64,000 nt of DNA from Oopsacas minuta. Lineage: Eukaryota > Animalia > Porifera. Both the position numbers and the translations under genes were made by a program. The stretch covers positions 449,055 through 513,054 of the forward strand of contig JAKMXF010000022.1 in assembly GCA_024704765.1 (NCBI GenBank), given 5' to 3'. Below are positions 1 through 11,600 of this stretch, piece by piece (the stretch's first letter is position 1; each line of letters starts with the position of its first letter). The notes below the pieces were generated by a model. The model saw only the letters and a list, made by a program, of their open reading frames with translations, was not told the DNA's origin and made no database searches.

Positions 1-3000
1 CCAACTGATATTCCCACTTCATTCTCTGCTAATGCCATCTCTCCTAACATCATCAACACAACTTGGGAACCTCCAACAGCTTACCACTTGGGTGGAGTTA
101 TCACTTCCTACACACTGACCTATGCTGGAGAAGAGAGACACTCTCTCTTGAAGACTAAAATCCTGACTGTCCTGAATGGTAGTATTTACATCACTCCTGC
201 TCTGACTGATTTACAAGAAGACACTCATTATTTGATATCTGTTCGAGCTAACACGAGCGTAGGAGCAGGACCTTGGGCTAATCTAACTGCACACACCACT
301 GAAGATGGTTAGTTGATTGTTTTCTGTAATTCGCTTTCTCTATTCTTTTGTAATTGGGTCATGGTCGTAAACTCAATTTCCCTTTTCCATGCTGAATGAC
401 ATTAAGTTCATTTTGTTCTAATTGGAAATTGTTTCCCTGATAGCCACTTCGCATGTTTGTGATTGATTCTTGTATAATCCGAATTTCTATTAGGCGAACT
501 GTAAGTATTTTGAACGCAATAATTATCCTTTTTTGGTGGTGAGAAATATTTTACATTAGCTTGATGATATTTATACATTTTGTGATAACCATGGAAATAC
601 TGTTGGATGTCCAATTTATCAGGTGACATTTATTTCGGCTTATTTAGTTCAAATTGTCCCAGTCCTTAAGTCCGTAGTTCCCAAACTGGGCCATATCTTA
701 TGGACCCCTTGAAGGCCATAGGATCTCAAAACTTTTATTGCAATTTATGGACGGAGGTCAACAGAATGAGAGAAATTTGATATAGGAGGTAGCTGCCATT
801 GGCGATAAGTTTGGAAATTGCTGGCCAAATTGAACCTAATGTGAACCTATTGAGCGGGTTCTACTGCAATTGATCTAAGTTACAGGGTATTTTCAATTAT
901 AAACTTTCAATTAATTACTCTATATATACAAATTTAGTTCCTTCATCATCTGTTCGTAAGCTAACAACATCAACCGAGGGAATGAATGCTACATCCATCT
1001 TTGTTCGTTGGGAAGTACCAATCTTGAATGACCTGAATGGTATTCTAGTCAATTACTCCATCAACTACTCTGGTATAGAGATTGATACAGTTCCCAGAGT
1101 CATCTACTTGTCCAATCCTAATCTAACTAACCAATCTATTACTCTAATCGATCTGGAGGAATACACCACTTACTCTATTAATGTGTCAGCTTACACTAAA
1201 GTGGGTAAAGGTCCTGATGCTATCATCACACAAAGAACCAATCAAAGTGGTGAGTATCTAGTTCATTTTTCGCTATACAAATGTATTTGATCTCAATTTC
1301 TACACTTTCTAGCTCCTTCTGGTGTACCACTTAACCTTACTGCTTATCCTGTCACTGCTACCATAATTAGAGTGGAATGGAATGTTCCTAATATCTATTT
1401 CCAGAATGGAGTTATAACTAACTTTACTATTCGCTATACTAGCCTACTTTTCGATACACATAGGGACTTTGAACGAGTTCTTCCAGTACACGGAAATCAA
1501 ACTGCTTTCAGCTTTATCCTCTCAAACTTGCTGGAGTCTGTTACCTATGAAATCAGTGTTGAAGCTGTAACTATAATGGGAAGTGGTCCTGCTGAAGTTA
1601 TAAAAGCCTCTACCTTCCATACAGGTATTTGAACAACTACACATTACTATAATCTATTTTAGATATTGACCAAATTCAAAAATTTATGAAATTTTCCCCA
1701 ATGATGTCTTTATTGTGATTGAATATAAATTATACTGCACTACGTATCCAGCATTATCAAATTATCATCTAATGTAGCTCCATCAAAGGCACCTCGGAAT
1801 TTGTTGATTCACGAAGTAACCACTACTTCTATCTCTTTAACATGGCAGCCTCCTGAAGACGAATTTCTTAACGGAATTTTGGATAAATATGTATTGACAT
1901 ACCAGGGAGAACTACTAGACAGAATGATGCATGTAGAGGAATTTCCACTTTCTAATGAGGATGATTCGTTCTTACAAGTAGCAGAGCTAACCAATTTGCA
2001 AGAAAACACTACTTATACGATAACTATTGCATTGTTTGCATCTGGTCAGATGAGTCCTCAAATTAAACGTGTTGTCAATACGCTAGACACAAGTAAGTTA
2101 TTGCGGTTTGTACTTTTAGAATATTTTAATATTAATCTATATTTTAGTTCCGAGTGCTACAGTCCAGAACTTAACAGCTGTAAACGCTAGTCAGTTCTCA
2201 GTCCTGATTCATTGGGAAGAAGTTCCATTTCGAGAACAGAACGGAAGAATCGTTTCTTACAACCTTACAACTAACTTTACCCACGCCAATACAACTTCTG
2301 CTCCTGACCTGGCTCCTGATTTCGTTCGACTGAATGGAACTGAGGTTAATTTTTTTCTTCTTAAGAATCTATGGTATGGAGTTAATTTTACAGTGATCGT
2401 AACTCCATATACTCGACATGGAGCAGGTCCTAACATATCTACCACATTTATGCTGGATCAAGGTTAGTCTAATATTCATCTAGAACGATTTTTTTGCTTT
2501 CTCTTAATTTCGCATTTATGTAAATGTTCAATTGTTCCCTTTTCCTATAGAAACAATACCTAGAATAACTTTGCCAGTTAAAGATGAATTCATTACTCAA
2601 TCAGTAAAAGATAATATTAATTATACGAGAGAATGTGTGGCTGAAGCATCGCCTATTCCACTGATCTACTGGTATAAGAATGATGAAGCTGTCCCATTCG
2701 CAAATTCATCTTTTCAAATAACTATCACAAAGAGCGATCTTGAAGAAGGACTTAATGCCTTCGTCTGCAGAGCAATAAACAGACAGGGAACTGTTAATCG
2801 TACTGTAAATATTCTTTTGCTATCTGAATCAGTTGATAATGTTGTAATTGAGGATACGAATGATCAGATTGATAATCAGGAGACTCTAGATGGAGAGCAA
2901 GTGACTAATCTTGCTAACTTGGTAGATTCTGTGATTGCAGAGACTATTAATGATACAATTGATATGAATACTGAAAATAAAACAAATGGAACAGTAAAAA

Positions 3001-6000
3001 TCAATCTTGCTTCTAAGTTGTTCCTAAATGTAATTGACAGATGGGATCAGAATGCTCGTAAGAATGATTCAAATGAGAAGGAAGATGAAGTATTGTTTAC
3101 TACCAATACTGGTTTACTCTTTTCAACAAGATCTTTTCAGGGCGGAGCTACAAACTTAACTGAGTACATAGTGAGTCTTTATTCACCCATGATTTGTGTT
3201 CATAATTGCTTACTTATGCTATAATTTGCATTTATTTTCGAATAGGATTATACAAAGTGTCCTCCTGAAATAGTGCGTATTTATCTAACAGACGAGACAA
3301 TAGCAACAGCAATTCGTGCTATAGATATACTAATACCAAAGATAGTAGCACTAAACGAAAATCAAACTAACTTCACGCTAGCGACAAATGGCAGTATGCT
3401 AGAATCTGTTGTTGTGGATATGACAAACTCCACTGAGGAGAGTATGACATTCCCTAAAAACACCAATGGAGTGAATGATACGATGAGAGAAAGGGTTATT
3501 ATCCCCAACAAACAATTCTTTAATGAATCTGCTCTTCGTGTGAGTTACTTGTAATTTCATTTCGAAATGTTTGCATGTGTACTAATTAATACCCAAATTA
3601 ATATTCTTAACCTTTTGAAGTTAGTTAACTGTTCGTACTTGTTACAGGTAACCACCACTATAATACCCGGAGATGGTAGAAACAATACTGGAATCATTTC
3701 AGTATTGCTAACACACAAATCAGAACCAAACTCCTCCAACACAAGCGTTGAATACTCTCCTGACGCTATAGTAAATGGGACCAAAACAATGAATGTACTT
3801 TTACAAGAAAATGTAAGTAGAATAAATATTACCAAGCTCCCTTTCAAATATTAATTATTATAGCTATATTAATATTTCTAGATTACCCTCGTCTTTCCGA
3901 CCCTACCTCCAGATGATGATAAAGAATATGTTTGCTTAGCTCTTAATGATGCTACAGGAAATTGGTCATCAGTAGGAGTTATGACGCTAGGGTTCGATAT
4001 GAAGACTAATACTACTAGTTGTACTACTAGCCATTTGACTAGTTTTGCTGTTCTAATTCAAACTAAACAGTTAGAAGTGAGTTTTACTGAGAAGATAATA
4101 GGATCTACCTTCAGTTACATCTTGTTGTGTGTCTCCTTTGTTTCTCTCATTATCACACTCATACTATTCTTTGTTGCTGGAAGAAAGTTCATCAAAGGAG
4201 ATGTCCATATACTCTATTTGAATTACACATTAGCTATGTTGATGGCTATTGGATGCTTTATCATTGGGGTAGAGTCAGTTCATTCGGTTGATGTATTGTG
4301 TACAATGATTGGATTGTTTCTGCACTATTCATGGCTGTCAGTGTTTTCCTGGAGTATGTGTAATGGAATACTCATATTCTACTTATTATTCATTGGTGAG
4401 TTGTCGAATTGACAATTGATTATTTTTTTTACAATATATATAAATTAATAATTTTTCTCTCTTTCTCTAGGAATTATGACTCCGAAACGAATATGGCCAT
4501 ATCTATTAATAATAGGTTGGGGCTTGCCAATGCCTATAGTTATTATATCATCAGCTGTTACTCAATCCGCCTACACAGGCAATAACACTGGGCATTGCTG
4601 GATTTCCACTGAATCAGGTCTTATCTGGTCATTCCTGGGACCTGTCTACTTCATTCTATTCGTCAATTGTATCATACTAGTTTGCAGTGCTATTCGTATT
4701 GCTACAGCTCGAAAGAAGCAAAAACATTTACTACGACTTAAATCCGCTCTTTACAGTGCCGTAATTCTCACTCCAGTTCTCGGTTTGCCTTGGGTAGTCT
4801 CCCTCGCTAAAGTGGCAACTGTAGGAATTGAACATGAAACAGTCCAAGCCATTTTAGATAGATTTGTTGATTGGACTTTCATTTGTTTGAATGCACCCTG
4901 TGGAATAATATTTATGATAATCATAGCCATTCGAGTGAAAGAGTTTAGGAAATCAAATAAGAAGAGCATTTCAACACGTCAGACCAGTGTACAACATACT
5001 TTCAATACACTTACCATACCTAAGTCAAATCAGGCTGCTGCTCCTTTAGCAAATAAATTCAAGAAAACCATAAAACCTCCTCCAATCAGAATTCATGTTG
5101 AAAAGCCCGAAGCTACAATATTCGCATCTAACTTGATTGTTCCCACCAAAGACATTGACAAGGATAAATTGGATATTCCAGTTGGTTGTCCTCCAAGACC
5201 ATTTCCTCCCAAACCTGCTAAACCTATGCCCCCTCAATCTTCTACTCTTGATTATAGTACAATTAAATGCGAGGACTTTAGCAATATTCATCAAAATCCT
5301 ACCTGTGTTTCAATCGAAGATATAACTAAAATATTTTCTTCTCATCACAAAACTGAAGCTCTTGACTTAGACCTAGAAACATATCCCATGGAAGAAAACA
5401 TATACCAGAATATTGCTACAATTGAACAAGGACCTGAAAAACCGGAAAAATATTCTACTATATTACACGACCTAGCGATTCCCAATCCACTTTTCGTACC
5501 TCTTGATCAAATTGAAATAGATTTACCAGTGACTAAATCTGCTCCAAAAGCTAAAACATCAATCACTTCAACAAAATCTTTTGAACTTAAAACTAAAAAC
5601 AGTACTACTTTTGCGAATTACCACTCCGAGCTCAATCTTCAAGATAATATTTCACAAGCTGATTCAGCTCGATCTTCTCCAGTATTTGAAAGAGATCAAG
5701 GGATCCTGAGACGTAGCCTTAAGAAGATGTCAGCTATATTCAAGTTAAGTACATCTCAACTTCCGCAAGATACTTCTAACGTTGCTCCTGCTCGGCCCCC
5801 TCCTCCACCTCACTTCATTTCTAAAGGGAAAGTTAATGAGAGCTCATACCATAACACATATCTTGAACATCTCCACAAGATATTCAATGATAAGCAGCAA
5901 GATTCCAATCCAAAGAAGTCTGATGATAAGAGCCAACTAACTTCAACTCTACATCATGTTTCTCAGTTGCCATCTGCTCCTAAGCAACCAGCTCCCTATC

Positions 6001-7751
6001 AAGGTAGAGTAAAGGCGATCAGAGAGAGGTTTGATAGCTTAGACAGAGCTGAAGTGAAACGACCCATTGGGCCGAAATCAATTAGGAAACCAATTGAGAC
6101 AGAATTGCCTATCTCTTTGCCATCTTATGAAGAATCAACATACCAGAATACTTATGCAGATTATAAGTCAAGTACCAAAATTGATTCTATCGTTATTGAA
6201 GAACAACCTCCATCTAAGGGTGTTCTCACCGTTGAGAAGTACAATCCATTCATGACAACTAGCTTCACTCAACCTTCACAAAACTATTTAGCAACTGAGA
6301 CAATATCTCCGGTAGAAGTGATTGGTAAAAAAACAGAAAATATTGGATGCTTTCAATCGGATAAAAACACGATTTCCTACATGGAACCTGAACCTGCTAT
6401 TACCAGCATTACACCATCCAGATCCGCAATAACTATTTCAGATTCGCCAACCAAGTTGAAACGAACTCTATTTTCAATGGACAATACTAGTACTTCATAT
6501 GATCAAGAAGAAACTCCTCTTCCGAGTACTACATCCATTTCACCAACTAAATCCTTCGATTTTAGTTTTCTAACTGCCTCAACTATCGAGTCAACTCCTC
6601 CATTTAATCCCATACAACAAACCTCATTACCTGAGCCGAGTTTAGATTCTAAACTGCAAGAATCAGTCACTGTTATTCCAGAAATTGTAACTGATACTGA
6701 CTCACATGCTAAAATACCAGCAATTGTTCCTCCATCCTCAAAAACTGAAGTAATTAAAATACACGAAACCAAGTCAGAAGTTACAAAAAATCCAGTTCTA
6801 ACTGAGAAGATAGAAAGAAAGAATATACAATCTGAAGATATGCCTTCTCGCGATAGGGTTGTTACTAGCCCCAAAATTACTTGCGATCCCAAACCTAGAA
6901 AAGTAATCATTAGGCCACGTTCACAATTAAATCAAGATAATACAAATTTTGTTACTGGATTGAGATCAACATCAACATCGCCAGTCAAAAGATCAACAAA
7001 AGTTTATTCAATCAATTCGATTTCCTCTGATCAATATCACTCTTCCAACTCTACATCAGCTACAAATTCTACCTCAGCTTCACCAACACAACCTTTGTCA
7101 TTTACATATAAACCTCCTACAGATCTTACTAAAGTCATTGCTTCGAAGAATGATGTTCCGATTTCTAAAGAAAATAATCTCTCACTCAAGAATCCAGCCC
7201 CAGTTATTGCAAGAAAACCAGAAATACAATTCAAAACTAGAGTAACACGAGATCCTGCTGATTCCCTACCACTGCACTTATCAGAGCAGATTATTTATGA
7301 TAGTGAAAAACCTGGTGCATTTTCTAAGCCTCAAACTCAAAAACCTCAGCACGTAATACATAGCAGATCTTCTTCTTCCTCCTCTTATTCAGGAAGACTA
7401 TCTGATTCCTCTGAGATTCAATTACGGAGTAGGAAAGGAAGCAGCAGTAAAATATCTGACAAAATCGCGTTTTTTGATACCGCTTCCCAAGGTGATGCTA
7501 AATCACTTCCTCGCCCTGTTAGAAGGTCCTCTAACTCAAGTAGAGTTGAAATTACAACTAGCATAAGCCCAGTTAAAGGAATAAGTGCATCATCAAATAT
7601 GCAAATGAAAGGTTCTAAATCTTTCAATGATTTTAGTGTAGTGTTATCTCCTGAGAAGAGTAATAAGCAGAAGTCTGGAGACGGGCTTAATAGTCATTCT
7701 ACTATCAAATCTCCTCCTGTCATTGAAATCCCAGAAATAACAGATTTATAA
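1..7751 (+). CDS. Adhesion GPCR paralogue A, 5' partial: at least 5 FN3, Ig, GAIN/GPS, 7TM, ~930-aa Ser/Thr/Pro-rich tail
   Basis: Inferred exons 1-307, 938-1249, 1313-1624, 1778-2092, 2148-2462 (FN3), 2551-3170 (Ig and GAIN start), 3246-3539, 3648-3812, 3882-4395 (GPS CTTSHLTSFAVL plus TM1-3), 4471-7751. All introns GT-AG; joined length 6435 nt stays in frame. ECL2 HCWIS and TM6 LTPVLGLPW motifs; ends ITDL. Confidence 0.9.
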
Positions 7752-8608
7752 TTATTTTCTGAACTATTTTATGTATTTTTGATATTTTAAGCTTTGATAT
7801 ATTTTAGAATTTCCTGGTTAAGTCCTGCATGTAATTGTATATTTGCAATTTTCTGTATTTATAAGCTCTCATTAAATTTAATCTAACAAATTACAATTCG
7901 TAATTAAGGGAAATTCTCTACGTTATTCGTCGGCCAAATCAAATAAACTGTGGAAACTGCATAAACCGTCACCCTCATAATACAAATTCACCTACATAAT
8001 CAAACAATTGCTAAACCGACACAATTTGCATGTCCCAACGAGTGTTGGTTAATGCAGGTTCCGCTGTGTTGTATTTTGGGAAGAGATAGATTCTAGTCGC
8101 TAATAATACTTTGGGATCTCGAATAGATGAGCCAGACTGTCGAAGCCTTTCCCGAATCTTGGTGCTTATTCCAACTTTATTCAGTAGCACTTGAGATCTT
8201 AAAATCTGATATTTTACAAATTTCATTCTTTTGATTACAATAATAATATTCTGAGTGATAAGTATTGCAACATAACATTAATCTATTACATTGTAAGGAA
8301 GTCTTGATTACATATAATCAGTGTAATATAATTTGTATTGTATCATCTAAACTGTGTAAAGCTAAAATACCATAGAATGTTAATCAGTTACAACTGAGAG
8401 AAATAAATCAAAGAACACTATTTTAGTTATTTTATCCTTTCTCTTGTACATCCCTCTTTTCAGGTTATTATTATTATCACAAGTAATTGTATCTATTACA
8501 TGTTGAGTTCTATAAATTAGGCTAATTGTAGATATCAGTTAATAAGTGCTTTGTTTTTGAGTGTTACTTACATTCTATTGAAAATTGTCAGAATTATATA
8601 TCTCTAAA

Positions 8609-11600
8609 ATGAGAATTTATAGAATTCTGTTTTTTGTCGTTTTAGCAAATTTTGCTCAAGGTATGTGTGTGTCTCTTAGAATTAAGTAGGATACTTTGCA
8701 TATATTTTGTAGTTCTGAATATTAAACTTCTTAGAATAATTACTGTGCTGACTATTCATTGTTTGCTTTATTGTATTCCTAAATCTAATTATTATTCATA
8801 ATATTGTAGTATTAACATCAGCTGACTCATCCATCCTAAGCTGTGACTTAATTCTAAACGGCTATTGCTATGAACATTTCACTCAAAAGAGTAATTGGAC
8901 AGATGCAAACTCCAGCTGTGTAGATTGGGGAGGTGAATTAGTCAGTCTGTATACACAAACTCTAACTGATTTTCTACCATATCTGATTTCTATCAACACT
9001 GTATGGACTTCTGCAAACAATCTACAAACAAACAACTTCACTCTAGTTTGGAGTAATGGTAGTGAAGTAGATCTGTTACCTGCAGACACTATTATAACAG
9101 AATTTGCTTGTGGTTATGTGTCTGTCTCTGGTGGATTTAATATTTCCATCTGTAACACAACTAGAAGTTACATCTGTACCAAAGAAGGTTAGTTTATCAT
9201 TTTACTCATTTCATTACCTACTATTTCTTTTGATTCTGATCATTTATCCTATTTCTATTCTTGTAGTTCCTTCTGCTGCCCCTAACAACGTTGCAACTAG
9301 TGTAGTTAACTCTACAGCCATTCTCTTAACATGGGATGCTCCAGACCTCTCTGATAGAAATGGAATCCTCCTCTACTACACACTGACTTACTTCGGTGTA
9401 GAATTGGATCAAGTAGTACGAGTAGTTAATTACACCATTGAAGGTTCTGATCACTCCAATCAGACATATGAGTTCTCAGGACTACAGGAATACACTGTGT
9501 ATGAGTTTAGAGTAGCTGCTCATACTAGTTTAGGAGAGGGTGTAACTGCAAGTGTTTCAACTAGGACATATGAATCAGGTGAGTTCACCATTGATGCAGA
9601 AATATTTTAGGGTCAAAGGCGAGCCAGAGTGCGGGACATTGAGTCCTAAAATTGCTTGTGCCCACCAATTCTTTGAATAAAAATGTACTACAGGTCTACA
9701 GCTTTGTGGCACTTATTTTTGCACCTATACCACACCATCGTTCAGTCCGAGCTTCGCCTCTGTTCAAGGTTAACTTACTTGTCTGTAGTTTCATAAACGT
9801 GTATATTTATAGTTCCCACTGCTCAACCATCCAATCTGAATGTACAGATCCTATCGTCTTCAATCTTAATAGCAACTTGGCATGAACCTCCCTTCTCTGA
9901 ACAGAACGGTATACTAACAAAGTACAGAGTAACATGGCGTGGTTTAGAGAGAGATACAGAAGTGAGACTAGAAGACATTCCAGTGAACAGTACCTCCAAT
10001 ACAGCTTACGCATTGACTGATCTAGATGCATACACAAACTATGAAGTGAATGTGAGTAGTTTCACTTCAGTAGGAGCTGGTCCAATCTCTAGTTATACAG
10101 TGACTACTCTACAAGATAGTGAGTTTAATTTTTTGATATATTTGTATTCTAAAATCTAATCTCATTAATTCTTTCTTAGTTCCTTCTTCATCTGTTCGTA
10201 ACCTAACAACATCAACAACAAGCCAGAATGCTACATCTATCTTTGTCAGTTGGATCGTTCCTATACCGAATGATCTGAACGGTATTCTAGTTAACTACTT
10301 CATTAGTTATTTTGGTATAGAAATTGATACAACACTCAGGGTTATATATTTGTCTGATCCGAATGATAATGAATCTATTACTCTAATCGATCTGCAAGAA
10401 TACACAACATATTCTATAAGTGTAGCTGCTTACACAATAGTGGGTAAAGGTCCTGATGCTATCATCACACAAAGAACCAATCAAGATGGTGAGTATTGAA
10501 TAGTCATGATTATATGTATTCTCGTTTCTACCTTGTAATACACGTATAGTAATAGTAGTACTAGTAGTAGATGTCGCATGTACGACTTCTCCTTTCCAGT
10601 GCTAGTGTACTTGGAAATTGGCACATTGTTTGCTTGAGTGTGACTGCCATTAACGTAGAGGTGTTAATTTCCTTTCTTTTTCACCTTTGTGGAAATAGAA
10701 CCATGTTGCACTAACTGCTTGATTCTCCATTTTCTAATTTCTTTTTTGTATTGATTCTATCATTGTATTCATGTTTCCAGCTCCTGTTGATGTTCCTACT
10801 GACTTCAAACTTTATGCTCTTTCTTCCACCATTGTCAACGTTTCATGGGATCCTCCTCCTATTTACTTTCAGAACGGTATAATTACTAACTACACCCTCA
10901 CTTACATGGGTGTTATGAGAGACCGCGAATTGGAGACAATAATTGTTCCTGTTACAAACGGAAGGTACGTAATACCTATACTCACGAGTTTAGAGGAGGA
11001 CACTACTTATGATGTTAATTTGCATGCTAATACTGTTATGGGTGCTGGTCCTGTAGCTAGTAAATCTGTTCGCACACCTGAAGCAAGTAAGTTTTAACTT
11101 TTATTTTAATCCTGCAATTTATTTTGAATTTATTTTGTCTTTTATTCTTTACCAATTCATCAATGTCCGGTTTTATTTGTATTCCATTACAAATGCATTT
11201 AATAGATTATTTCATCATTTTCTCTCAGAAATGATTCGAGATTTCTCTTTTAAAATTCCTCAATTTTAACCATTTACATTCTCTTGTCAAATCTAAAGCT
11301 CGTAACTCTTACCAATCTCTCAGTCAACATTGCAAAAATAATCAAACACAAATTATAATAATATAATTCTAATTTCTCTCTTAGATCCTAAAGGTGCTCC
11401 TAGATATCTTATAGCAACACCGCTCAACAGCACATCTATAATGCTTAACTGGAGTGTACCTAACCCTCAAGATCTTGATGGACAGCTGACTGGTTACCAG
11501 ATTGAATATTTTGGGTTTATAATTGACACTCATAAGAGAACAATTATCATCAATACTAGAAGTCATGATGATCAATCTCAAATATTATCTCCCTTAGAAG

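Noticed and set aside
408-629. 73-aa minus-strand ORF in gene A intron
   Set aside because: No recognisable motif; expected by chance in AT-rich intron DNA.
4751-7627. Short antisense and alternative-frame ORFs over gene A's last exon
   Set aside because: Shadows of a long real CDS; same for those over B, C, PLBD2, XPO7, NuMA, TRPA and the RTK.
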